DNA of 64,000 bases from Dendrobates tinctorius (lineage: Eukaryota): the NCBI RefSeq assembly GCF_039654945.1, contig NW_027361671.1:67084001-67148000 (forward strand), read 5' to 3'. Made by a program: the position numbers and the translations under genes. The notes below the pieces were generated by a model. It worked only from the letters and a program-made list of their open reading frames with translations. It searched no databases and was not told the DNA's origin. Of this stretch, positions 12,868 to 29,575 are shown piece after piece (position 1 is the first letter of the stretch; each line of letters begins with the position of its first letter).

Positions 12868-13762
12868 ATGGACCCAATGTGTGCTTTATCTGAGCAGGTG
12901 AAATGCCTGACTCAGTCACTGCAGAAGCTTAGTTTGGAACACCATGCTCTGGCCCAGTCCCAACGGCGGGTTGAGGACTCAGTTCAGGGGATACTTTCCG
13001 CAGGATTCCAGCAGGTGGGGAATAGAGATGTCATTTTAGTCCCACCCGAATCCCCGGTGAAATTGCCAGACACGTTTTCTGGTAATAAAGATGAGTTCAG
13101 GGCATTTAAGGAGGGCTATAAGCTCTTTTTCTCTTTGAGACCCCGCTCCTCTGGGGATGAGAAACAGAGGGTGGGGGTGGTTATGTCCCTGCTTAGGGGG
13201 TCCCCACAGGCCTGGGCATTTTCACTTTCCTCTTCTACCCCTGAGAGAATGTCTGTGGATGCATTTTTTTGAAGCCTTAGGGCTTATTTATGATGAGCCT
13301 GATAGAGTGCGGTTGGCTGAGGACAAGGTGATGAGTGTCTGTCAGGGGGAGCACTCGGCCGAATGGTTCTGTACTGAATTCAGACGTTGGGCAGCCGAGA
13401 TTTCCTGGAGTGATTCCGACCTTTGGGGGCTGTTCCACAGAGGCCTGTGTGAACGTCTGAAGGATGCTTTGGCACTCCATCCTCTGCCTGACTCCCTGGA
13501 GGATACCATGACCCAAGCGGTTCGCATGGATCGCAGACTGCAGGCTAGAGGCGTTATGCAACGGGAAACACCATTGGTCTTCAGTGGAGATGAGACCCGG
13601 ACTCTTCCTGCTGCTATGGAGGTGAACGCTGTCACCTGTGAGGAAAAAGAAAGAAGACGCCGCCGGGAGAAGCAGTTGTGCTTCTATTGTGGGGAATCTG
13701 GACACTGGAAGAAGGACTGCCCCTCCTGTCCGTCATCCTCCAAGATGGCAGGAAATGACTAG
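12868..13762 (+). pseudogene. gag (retrotrans_gag + CCHC), frameshifted at the T-run ~13264-13270
   Basis: LPDTFSG..., LLRGSPQAWA, QGEHSAEWFCTEF, and a zinc knuckle split across two frames. Confidence 0.88.
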
Positions 13763-16700
13763 GTCTGGGTAGTAGTCGAGGAGGCTACCCAGACCTTCAC
13801 TTACAATTTTCCTCACATGCAAAAATGGTGCTGCAGGTGGAACTGGAACTTGGTTATGGTCCTGTTCAGACTACTGCTTTAGTTGACTGCGGTTCTGCTG
13901 TGAACCTGATTGATACCAAATTTGTGACTCTTAATAAGATAGGGACAGTCAGGCTTCAGGATCCTGTTAAACTTGTGGCAACTGACTCGTCTCCTCTTAC
14001 CCAGGGCGGTATCTGTTGCAGGTCTGAACTCTTTTCTCTAAAAGTGGGTTCCACTCATGTAGAAAAACTAAGTTGTCTTGTGCTAGATAACTTGCCTGCA
14101 GGACTGGTACTGGGGATGCCTTGGCTTCAAAGCCATAATCCTACCATTTATTGGGTTACAGGGGAAATCACTCAATGGGGATGCAATTGTAAATGTGATA
14201 ACCTGGGACATCTGGTTAACGCTGTTAAAACCGTGTCTGTGTCGTCTGTCGGCCTGGAAGTAATTCCGGAGTACCTGAAGGGTTTCGAAGACGTTTTTTC
14301 CGAAAGTGAGGCTGAGGCGCTGCCACCACATAGACCCTACGATTGTGCAATTGATTTAGTACCCGGAGCCAAGTTACCTAAGGCTCGATTGTTCAATTTG
14401 TCTGGGCCTGAGCGCCAAGCCAGTACCCAGACAAAGGAGTACATTGCTGAGAGTCTCCGCAAAGGGCATATCAGGCCATCTGTGTCACCTGTGGCAGCAG
14501 GATTCTTCTTTGTGAAAAAGAAAGATGGTGGTTTGCGGCCATGCCTCGACTTTCGGGAACTGAACAAGATAACGGTTAGGAACACGTACCCGCTTCCCCT
14601 CATCCCAGACTTATGTAACCAATTAACTGGGGCCCAATGGTTCTCCAAGTTAGATCTGCGGGGGCCTACAATCTGATAAGGGTTCGGGAAGGGGATGAGT
14701 GGAAAACTGCATTCCTCACATCAGAAGGACTCTTTGAGAACCTGGTATTGCCGTTTGGGTTAACTAATGCACCCGCTATTTTCCAGAATTTCATCAATGT
14801 TGTGTTTTCTGACCTGATAGGCCGTTTTGTTATGATTTATTTGGATGACATTTTGGTGTATTCCCCAGACAGCCAATCCCACTTGCAACATCTAAAGACA
14901 GTTCTCCAGAGACTCAGGGAGAACCAATTGTTTGCTAAATTGGAAAAATGTTCGTTTTTTGTACAGGAACTGTCTTTTTTGGGGTTGATTGTTTCCTGTG
15001 AGGGGTTTCGTATGGATCCTAAGAAGGTGCTGGCGATTGCTGACTGGGTTCAGCCTCGGGATCTCAAGGGGCTCCAGCGCTTCTTAGGATTTGCGAACTA
15101 TTATCGAAGGTTCATTAAAGGTTTCTCACAAGTGGTTAAACCACTCACGGATCTTACCCAGAAGGGCGCGGATGTAAAAAATTGGTCTGTACTCGCTAAG
15201 GAGTCCTTCTCAGCGATTAAAAAATGCTTCATGTCTGCCCCGAGGTTGGCACAACCAGACCCGTCCAAACCATTCATTGTGGAGGTGGATGCTTCCGAAG
15301 TGGGGGTGGGGGCTGTGCTGTCCAAGGTTCCAGCCACCCTTACCAATCTCAAACCCTGTGCCTTCTTCTCCAAGAAGTTCTCCTCAGCTGAGAAAAAATA
15401 TGATGTAGGCAATAGAGAACTTCTTGCGGTCAAGCTGGCGTTTGAGGAATGGAGACACTTTTTGGAAGGGGCTGCTCACCTTATCACGGTTGTCATGGAT
15501 CACAAAAACTTGGCATACCTCGAATCTGCTAAGAGGCTTACTCCTAGACAAGCCCGTTGGTCACTTTTTTTTTCACGACTTCAGTTCTCCATTACTTTTC
15601 GACCGGGGTCCAAAAATGTTAAAGCGGATGCCCTGTCCAGAAGTTTTGATCCAGTGTCTCCTCCTGAGCCGCCGTCCTCCATTCTGCCCCCAGGGGTGGT
15701 AGTGGCGGGGGTCTCAACTGAGTTGGAACAAGAAATTCTAAGGGCTCAGGCCCTAGCTCCGGAAACCAGGCCAGGGGATAAACTGTTTGTTCCGGATTCT
15801 TTGCGGCCTAGACTTCTGCAGGAGTTTCATGAGTCTAGGTTGAGTGCTCATCCAGGTATCACGGCTACTAGAGAGGCAGTAGCCAGGGGTTTTTGGTGGC
15901 CTTCATTAAGGTCCGATGTCAAGGAATTTGTTTCTGCTTGTGGCATGTGTGCCCATTCCAAAAGTTCGCATAACCGACCGGCTGGGGAACTCATACCTTT
16001 ACCGGTTCCTGATAGGACATGGACTCACCTTTCCATGGATTTTATTACCAGCCTTCCAGGGGCAATACCGTGATCTGGGTGGTAGTGGATAGGTTTTCTA
16101 AACAGGCCCGTTTCATTCCCTTGGCAGCATTACCCTCAGCAGAAACATTGTCAAGGTTGTTTGTGCAGCATGTGGTCCGATTGCATGGGGTACCCCTGAA
16201 TGTTGTGTCTGACAGAGGTGTGCAGTTTGTGGCCAAATTTTGGAGGGCGTTCTGTATGAAATTGGACATCTCACTCTCCTTCTCGTCGGCATATCACCCG
16301 GAGAGTAATGGTCAGACAGAATGCACCAATCAATCCCTGGAACAAATTCTCAGGTGTCTGACCTCCGCCAGACAGGAGGATTGGTGTGATGCGTTACCGT
16401 TGGCAGAATTCGCTTTTAACAACCGGGTGAGTCAGTCCACCAACATGTCCCCATTCCTGATTAACTATGGGTTTAATCCGCATTTTGGGGAGTTTTCACG
16501 GGTGGATTCCGATTGTCCAGGGGCAGAGGGGTCCGTCCAACGGTTGAAAGACCTCTGGGCTGAAGTCCGGCGTAATATCTCTCGGGCCCAGGGGAGATAC
16601 AAATATTTTGCTGACAAAAAGAGAGCCTCGGGAGACATGTTTCAGGTGGAAGAGAAGGTTTGGCTCTCCACACGTAACATCAACTTAAAGGTACCATCAG

Positions 16701-17085
16701 CTAAGTTGGGACCAAAGTTCATTGGTCCGTGCGAGGTTATGGAGATAGTCAACCCAGTGGCATATAGGTTGCGTCTCCCCGTCTCCTTAAAAATATCCAA
16801 TGTGTTCCATAAGTCTCTGTTGAAACCTGTAGGGTCTGTCAAAGAGGACTCCAAGCCTGTTGTTCCTCCAGTGCTGGTGGAGGGTCAATTGGAGTATGAG
16901 GTCGGACATATTGTGGACTCTCGGCGGGTGCGCCGCTCTTTGCAGTACCTGGTCCACTGGAAGGGATATGGACCAGAGGAGCGCTAATGGGTCCCTGCTC
17001 ACTCTGTACATGCAGATCGCTTGGTTCGGGCTTTCCATGCCAAGTACCCGGGGAAGCCTTGGGGGTCCAGAGGCCCCCCGCTGAG
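13750..17085 (+). pseudogene. pol (PR-RT-RH-IN-chromodomain) with frameshifts near 14660 and 16060 and a stop at 16985
   Basis: ORFs 13825-14676, 14637-16073 and 16019-16987 join into a Ty3/Gypsy pol. Confidence 0.92.
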
Positions 17086-18974
17086 AGGGGGGTACTGTCA
17101 TGATCCCAGTGCAGGTTTTTGAGCTGCATGTCGGGGGTTAATGTCTGGAGCTCGGTGCAGGTTTTCACCTGCACACCTGGGGTTAATGATTGTGGCCTCT
17201 TTCTGGTTCTGGGAGAGCTTCTTAAACCCCTGGGAAGCTTCAATCCCTGCCAGTTATACTTTTGCCTTTGGCCTAGTGTGCTGACTCCTGTGTGCCTGTT
17301 TGTTGTTATAGCTTGTTTATATGGTTCTGACCCGGTTCTGTTTCCCATTGTGAGTTTGCCTGCTGATTCTGTTCTGCATATTATCTCTGTGTATGACTCA
17401 TTGCCTGTGACCTGACTACTCTGCTCGCCCCTCTTCTACCTTACAGCTATCTCTGTGTGTTGACTCATTGGCTACGTCTGACTATTCTCCCTGTCTATGC
17501 CCCTTGGTAACTTTGTCTCGCAGTTACCCTGCTAGGAGTTCTCTTGCAGCTCCTTGCTCTCTGGAGTTTCGGCCACGTGCTTCAGGTCCTGTGGCTCTGA
17601 AGTACGCATCTACTCGACTGCTGCCCGCTTCACAGGTATCTTTGAGCACAGTTCGCTTTACTCAGGACACGCGCACTTGCTCAGTGAGCAAGTTCAGTGC
17701 GGTGTTCCTGACATTCCCAGCTGAGATTTATATATATATTCCCCACACCGCGTACCTGTGATTTCTACATATGTTCCCTCACACTGCCTGCACTCCTACT
17801 AATTTTTCTCTTGCAAAGCGTTGTCTTCTGAAGCCAGTTCCTGGCTTCAGCATCCAAGTCAAGGAGACGCATGACATCGCTGCCATGCTCCCAGTCACGT
17901 GCACACCGACATCAGCTGCTGACCTCTGATTGTCCGGCAACTTACATTGCGGAGCACGGACCGGCACGTTCCAGAGCTGCCATACACTTCAGCTGGATGT
18001 GCATCCGATTACCCACGTTCAGCTGAATTAGGGACTGACGTCAGCGGCGTCCGCACTACGGCGTCATTTCATCGAAGGCACTCTTCAATAAAATGGTGCT
18101 GCAGTGCAGTATGCGCATGCGCTGCTCCCGACTCCACACTGCGCAGCCGTCAAGTCTTCAGTCACAAGGACACATCTCCGTTTACATTATAAATATAATG
18201 CATGACACAATACATGCAATACAGTCCACACTCTTACAGCATGACATTAATTGAAACCAAACAGCCCCCATTATAGTTAAGCTATGATAGTTCCCATGAC
18301 CATTATTGGGTTTGACATCTAAAATATGAGATGTCAGGGATGAATATTATTATTTGACCTTTGTATTGCGTAAATGATCTACAATGATTGGTTCTACATA
18401 AAACTTTGAAAATGTGCTCCGTTAAGCCTCACAACTAAAAGTACGCTACTTTTTTTCACTTTTGCTGGTATTTTTGGTGAAAAAGGAAACAATTTTAGTG
18501 GAAGTGGTCATCAAAGCGTATTTCCTGACTGTTTGGAGGGTGGAGGTGCTGCGTTAGGGGTCCTGTTAGCATAGTTTCTGACCCATTACTTTGCTTGGAA
18601 GGATGCCATTGGCTTCATCTGCCTAAGGCTTCAAAATACCTTGTCCTGACCCTGATCATATTGCTAAAGATACCAAAAAGCAGGTCTGTATATGAGAAGA
18701 ATCTAACCAAAAGCAACATAGATGTTTTATATATATATATTTGTGCATAAAAGTATTATGCAAATATGAAAAAGAAAGTGTGTAGATACAGTGACTTTCT
18801 GTATAAAGGAGCAGATGATGACGATTCCACTTCTTGGGCCTTGGTTTGCACTTATGCTGATTTTGGACATCCAGATCTGGATCACACATGACAGAGACGA
18901 GATCTGTGTAGTTGAAGTTTTCCTGGATTCCTACAGCATTGCGATCAACCATATGGCCTTCTGTCTGACCATGG

Positions 18975-19232
18975 GCAGTAAGGTGAAGGAGCAGCCGCTT
19001 CCTTCCATCTGTCCATGGCCTTTTAGGTGAAGGAGCAGCCACTTCCTTCTGTATGTACATGGCCAAGTAGAAGAAGGAGCAGCCGCTTCCTTCTGTCTGT
19101 ACATGACCAAGTAGGTGAAGGAGCAGCCGCTTCCTTCTTTTTGTAATATCCGGTAGGTGAAGGAGCAGCCGCTGCCTTCTTTCTGTAAATATCCGGGAGG
19201 TGAAGGAGCAGCCGCTGCCTTCTGTCTGTCCA
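18975..19232. repeat. Tandem repeat, ~38-43 nt unit (aggtgaaggagcagccgcttccttc...), ~6 copies
   Basis: Core gaaggagcagcc recurs at ~18984, 19028, 19073, 19117, 19159 and 19202. Confidence 0.85.
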
Positions 19233-19346
19233 TATTCGGTAGTCTTCTCCTTACCACCACATTGTAGATGAGTCGTCCAGATGGTGACATAGCAAGTATT
19301 GCTGAAAGAAGTCCTTCAATTTCATCCTTTAATTACTTGCTATGTT

Positions 19347-19461
19347 GCTCCAGAGGAAGGCGAAAAATAACCCTGAGGACTCGTTGATGGATTGTCCTCA
19401 TATCAAGGGAAAAAAATTCCTTCCTGATCCCAAATATGGTGATCGGAATAAATCCCTGGAT
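19347..19461 (-). repeat. Short structured repeat resembling a CR1 3'-UTR hairpin module
   Basis: On the minus strand: tccaggga...ggaaggaatttttt...gccttcctctgga with nested complementary arms. The family assignment is from recall only. Confidence 0.45.
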
Positions 19462-19615
19462 GTTTGGTGCTCAAATCTACGTGGGTGTTATGTGGTGGAA
19501 GCTCGGTAGGTTTGTCACAGTCCGGTTAATGCGAAAGTCCAGTTTTGTCGTGTCATCCGATTAATGTAAATCTTCAATCCTGGATGTTACTGGAATGGGG
19601 CTGATTGTTATCAGC

Positions 19616-23902
<4,287 letters not shown>

Positions 23903-24746
23903 TTTTGCTTCGTTTGTCACGAAAAACAAAAGGGGTTGCCTCCCCTTGGGAGTCTGTAAGGCAGTGATTTTCCTTAGGCTGCAACAATGGAATATAGAAT
24001 GTGATGATGTCATCACATCACTTGTGACATTGGTTTTATTGTGATGTCACCATAAGAGTGATGATAGAGATGGATAGACAGATAGCTAGATAGATAATAG
24101 ATAGAAATGAAATGTAAAGGATGATCAACCAAATTTTTGCAGATGTATGCATGTACACTACATATATAAACTGTGTGCACAATTTGTATTTTTGATTTAT
24201 TTTATTATTGAACAACTACTGTGCTGCTGATTGATTCAAAATGTTAATAAATCTGAAACCTGAATATTTAGGAAATTAAAAATAAAGTTTTTTCTTTCTT
24301 AGGAGAATATCTCTGTGCGCAGAAGTATTGAGTAACTATTATTGTGCAGAATTATTATGCAACTAAATGAAAAACATTTTCTCATCTCATTTGTTTATTT
24401 TCCTCTTACAGTGAGAATAATAATCAAGGAACTCAAAAGTTAAAAAATAAATTTCTGACTTTTAAAAAATATATATCAGTGCCCAATATAGCCGCCCTTC
24501 TTTTCATTAATAGACATAAACCGCTCATCCATGGAGTCTATTGCAATCAGCTTTTTGAGCAACACCAACCACAGCCTCCCAGACCCCGGTATTAGATGCA
24601 TTGATACATAATGTTTTAGAGGTTCCCAATTGGATTCAGGTCTGGGCCTGTTTTGGAGATGATAGTGGCCCCCAACCTCTTGGACCCCTGTGTGACTGTA
24701 CAAGTTGCACCAGGTCTGCTCCTGGGTATGGGGATCATGGACTCAC

Positions 24747-25090
24747 AGGGCCGGTGTTAGGGGCAGGCAGACCAGGCAGCTGCCTAGGGCTCCCACTCCT
24801 CTAGGGGCCCCAAGCCAGCTATGGGGCCCCTGTGAGCCAGGGGGGCCCGCCTGCCCCCAGCGCCGACTCCCGCCTCCGCATTGAAGGAGGCAGTGATGGA
24901 GGAGAGAGCGTCAGCTGACGCTCCCTCTCCCATCATTCCCCGCTCTGCCTCTGACACAGCGGGGTCGCGATGACATCATCGCGCTCTCACTGTGTGCCAG
25001 ACAGAGCAGGAGGAGACAGGAGCAGCCAGCAGCGCAGGCAAGAGGAGAAGGTGAGGAGTGTTTTTTTTTTAATCAGTGTGAGTACTGGAC
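24747..25090 (+). mobile_element. GC-rich left end of a probable hAT-type non-autonomous element that carries the downstream minisatellite
   Basis: Starts cagggccggtgttaggg and runs directly into the array; the right end was not identified. Confidence 0.4.
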
Positions 25091-27508
25091 TGTGGGGCCA
25101 CTTTGGGGGACTATATACCATGCTGGACTGTATTACACCATTCTGGGGGGCTATATACCATGCTGGGCTGTATTATATCATTCTGGGGGGACTATATACC
25201 ATGCTGGGCTGCATTATACCATGCTGGGGGGCTATATACCATGCTGGGCTGTATTATACCATTCTGGGGGGCTATCTACCATGCTGGGCTGTATTATACC
25301 ATGCTGGGGGGGCTATATACAATGCTGGGCTATATTACACCTTTCGGGGGGGCTATATACCATGCTGGGCTGTATTATACCGTGCTGGGCTGTATTATAC
25401 CATTCTCGGGGGGGCTATATACCATGCTGGGCTGTATTATACCATGCTGGGCTGTATTACACTATGCTGGGCTGTATTATACCATTCTGGGGGGGCTATA
25501 TATCATTCTTGGCTGTATTATACCGTGATTGGCTGTATTATATCATTCTGGGGGGGCTATACACCATGCTGGGCTGTATTATACAATGCTGGGCTGTATT
25601 ATACCATTCTGGGGGGGCTATAAAGCTGGGCTGTATTATACCATTCTGGGGGGCTATATACCATGGTGGGCTGTATTATACCATGCTGGGCTGTATTATA
25701 CCATTCTGGGGTGGCTATATATCATTCTTGGCTGTATTATACCGTGATTGGCTGTATTATATCATTCTGGGGGGGCTATACACCATGCTGGGCTGTATTA
25801 TACAATGCTGGGCTGCATTATACCATTCTGGGGGGCTATATACCATGCTGGGCTGTATTACACCATGCTGGGCTGTATTATACCATTCTTGGCTGTATTA
25901 TACCATTCTGGGGGGGCTATATACCATACTGGGCTGTATTATACAATGCTGGGCTGCATATTACCATTCTGGGGGGCTATATACCATGCTGGGCTGTATT
26001 ACACCATGCTGGGTTGTATTATACCATTCTGAGGGGGCTATATACCATGCTGGGCTGTATTATACCGTGCTGGGCTGTATTATACCATTCTGGGTGGCTA
26101 TATACCATGCTGGGCTGTATTAAACCATGCTTGGCTGTATTATACCATTCTGAGGGGGCTATATACCATGCTGGGCTGTATTATACCGTGCTGGGCTGTA
26201 CTATACCATCTGGGGGGCTATATACCATGCTGGGCTGTATTATATCATTCTGGGGGCTATATACCATGCTGGGCTGTATCATACTATGCTGGGCTGTATT
26301 ATACCATTCTGGGGGGGCTATATACCATGCTGAGCTGTATTATACCATGCTGGGCTGTATTATACCATTCTGGGGGGGCTATATACCATACTGAGCTGTA
26401 TTATACCATTATGGGGGGCTATATACCATGCTGGGCTGTATTATACCATGCTGAGGGGGCTATATACCATGCTGGGCTGTATTATTCCATTCTGGGGGGC
26501 TATATACCATGCTGGGCTGTATTATACCATACTGGACTGTATTATTCCATTCTGGGGGCTATATACCATGCTGAGCTGTATTAGACCATGCTGGGCTGTA
26601 TTATACAATTCTGGGGGGCTATATACCATGCTTGGCTGTATTATACCTTGCTGGGCTGTATTATACCATGCTGGGCTGTATTATACCATTCTGGGGGGGC
26701 TATATACCATGCTGGGCTGTATTATATCATTCTGGGGGCTATATACCATGCTGGGCTGTATCATACTATGCTGGGCTGTATTATACCATTCTGGGGGGGG
26801 GCTATATACCATGCAGAGCTGTATTATACCTTGCTGGGCTGTATTATACCATTCTGGGGGGGCTATATACCATACTGGGCTGTATTATACCATTATGGGG
26901 GGCTATATACCATGCTGGGCTGTATTATACCATGCTGAGGGGGCTATATACCATGCAGGGCTGTATTATTCCATTCTGGGGGGCTATATACCATGCTGGG
27001 CTGTATTATACCATACTGGACTGTATTATTCCATTCTGGGGGCTATATACCATGCTGAGCTGTATTAGACCATGCTGGGCTGTATTATACAATTCTGGGG
27101 GGGCTATATGCGATGCTGGGCTGTATTATACCATGATGGGCTGTATTATACAGCCCATCATGATATACAGCCCAGCATGGTATACAGCCTGCATACCATG
27201 GTGGGCTGTTTTATACCATGGTGAGCTATATTCCATGCTGTGCTATATACCATGGTGGGCTGGGGTGTATACCATGTGGTGCTGGGGTATATACTATGCG
27301 GCTGTGTTATATACCATGGGGGGTACATTTTACATTATATTATATAGGGGGAAGCTGTGTTATATAATATGGGGAGGTGGGCTGTATAATATTCTATTTG
27401 GGGCTACATTATATTCTATGGGGGGGCTGTATTATATTTATTATATTCGATGGGGGCTGCATTATACCATATGAGGAGGGCTACATTGTATTCTATGGAG
27501 GGGCTACA

Positions 27509-28724
27509 TCTATTATATAAAGCTCAAGTGTGTGTATGTGTGTGTGTATGTGTGTATGTCCGGGATAGGCATCCGCACCGTCGCAGCTACAGCCACAAAA
27601 TTTGGCACAGTCACACGTCTGGACCCCGATAGTGTCCTAAGCTATGTTGTGAGGTGAAATTTTAACCCCGCGCGTTCCAATTCACCAAACAATTTTGTCC
27701 CTATCTACATAATGGGGAAAAAGTGTGTGTATCAAGCCCCGCCCCTCATTATGATGTCTTAATGATTGCCATGGTGACGCTGATGTCATCATAGGTTGCA
27801 AGCCCCGCCGCTCATTATGATGTCATAATGGATGACTATGGGATGGATGAAGTGTGATGGGTATATGGGCTCTGGACTATGGGATGGAGGATATGTATGA
27901 CGGGTATATGGGCATGGGACTATGGGATGGAGGATGTGTGATGGGTATATGGGCACTGGACTATGGGATGGAGGATATGTATGACGGGTATATGGGCACT
28001 GGACTATGGGATAGAGGATATATATGATGGGCATATGGGCATGGGACTATGGGATGGTGGATATGTATGATGGGTATATGGGCATGGGACTATGAGATGG
28101 AGGACATGTGTGATGGGTATATGGGCATTCGACTATGGGATGGCAAATATGTATGATAGGTATATGGGCATGGGACTATGGGATGGAGGATGTGTGATGG
28201 GTATATGGGCACTCGACTATAGGATGGAGGTTATGTATGATGGGTATATGGGCACGGGCCTCTGTGATGGTGGATATGTATGATGGGTATATGGGCACGG
28301 GACTATGGGATGGAGGATATATATGATGGGTATATGGGCACGGGACTATGGGAAGGAGGATGTGTGATGGGTTTATGGGCATAGGACTATGGGATGGAAA
28401 ATGTGGGATGGGTATATGGGCACTCGACTATGGGATGGAGGATATGTATGATGGGTATATGGGCACGGGCCTCTGTGATGGTGGATATGTATGATGGGTA
28501 TATGGGCACGGGACTATGGGATGGAGGATATGTATGATGGGTATATGGGCATGGGACTATGAGATGATGGATGTGTGATGGGTATATGGGCACTCAACTA
28601 TGGGATGGAGGATAGGTATGTTGGCTATATGGGCATGGGACTGTGGGATGGAGGATAATTATAATGTGTTATAAATATCCACAGTTAGGTACTATGCCCG
28701 GACAGTGCCGGGCTCTTCAGCTAG
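27509..28724 (+). mobile_element. Non-autonomous Helitron
   Basis: 5' TC, 3' CTAG preceded by the hairpin gcccgg-acagtg-ccgggc (28696-28713). Inserted between A and T with no TSD; removing it restores the satellite unit gggctaca|ttatac. Contains a (TG)n tract. Confidence 0.88.
27832..28657. repeat. ~43-nt minisatellite inside the Helitron
   Basis: Unit gactatgggatggaggatatgtatgatgggtatatgggcatgg, about 19 copies. Confidence 0.92.
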
Positions 28725-29187
28725 TTATACTGTATAAGGGGCTGCATTATATCCTATGAGGGGGTTAGATTATATTCTGTGGAGTGGCTGCATTATACTC
28801 TGGGGTAGCTGCATTATACTATAAGAGGGGGGCTGCATTATATTCTATGGGGGTTACATTATATTGTATGGCGGGGCTGCATTATACTCTATGGAGTGGC
28901 TGCATTATGCTCTATGGGGTGGCTGCATTAAACTATATGTGGTCTGCATTATACTGTATCGAGGACTATGGGGAATACATTATATGAAGAACTATGGGGT
29001 GCATCATGCTATGGGAAGTGAATTGTATTATATGGGTGACTATGGTGGTGCATTATACTATATGGACGACTGAGGAGTGTATTATACTATATGGAGGACT
29101 ATAGGGCATATTATACTATATGGAGGACTATGGGGTGTAAACTGTAGATGTGCTGCTGATAACATGATACTGTATGGTGATCTGTTA

Positions 29188-29575
29188 GGGTGTGTGCACG
29201 CGTGTGGATTAATACTGTATGCAGCTTTTTCTGCAGAGAATCCATATCTCTTGGCAGAAACTGCAGGGTAAAACACATGCATTTTTCCTGCGCATTCCTA
29301 GCATGTGTGCAGCGGATTTGATGCAGGTTCTAGTGCTGTTTGGCAGTGCAGATGAGAGAGAGATTGATTGATTTGTATGTCCCGGAACGTACACTGCAGC
29401 TGCGGTTCTGCAAAAAAGAAGTAACATGCTGCGGAAAATAAACTGCAGCACATCTGCACGGAATTTTCTGCAGCATACACGGCGGATTTGGTTTTCCATA
29501 GGTTTACATGGTATCGTAAACCGCATGGAAACTGCTGCGGATCCGCAGCAAAAACCGCAACGTGTACACGCACCC
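29188..29575. mobile_element. PIF/Harbinger-type MITE
   Basis: TIRs gggtgtgtgcacgcgt / acgtgtacacgcaccc, flanked by TTA on both sides. Confidence 0.8.

Larger units (their letters stand above)
12483..17712 (+). mobile_element. Nearly complete sushi/chromovirus-type Gypsy LTR retrotransposon (5' LTR truncated 12483-12818; 3' LTR 17096-17712)
   Basis: The two LTR copies match; gag with CFYCGESGHWKKDC; protease ALVDCGS; RT IYLDD; RNase H; integrase; chromodomain; PPT gagagggggg before TGTCA at 17096. Confidence 0.95.
25085..29140. repeat. Minisatellite of ~19-21 nt units (tataccatgctgggctgtat / tataccattctggggggcta), interrupted by a Helitron
   Basis: Homogeneous alternating units at 25085-27150, degenerate at 27190-27508 and 28725-29140. 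Confidence 0.95.

Noticed and set aside
17713-17717. ttccc as the continuation of the interrupted Gmr1 integrase (…LL-P)
   Set aside because: The following sequence does not encode integrase and there is no TSD; probably coincidence.
24970-27474. Many long overlapping ORFs (MLGCIIPCWAVLYH...)
   Set aside because: Translations of a stop-poor minisatellite in all three frames; no coding signal.
25085-28657. CRISPR-like appearance of the regular repeats
   Set aside because: No unique spacers, no cas genes, eukaryotic context.
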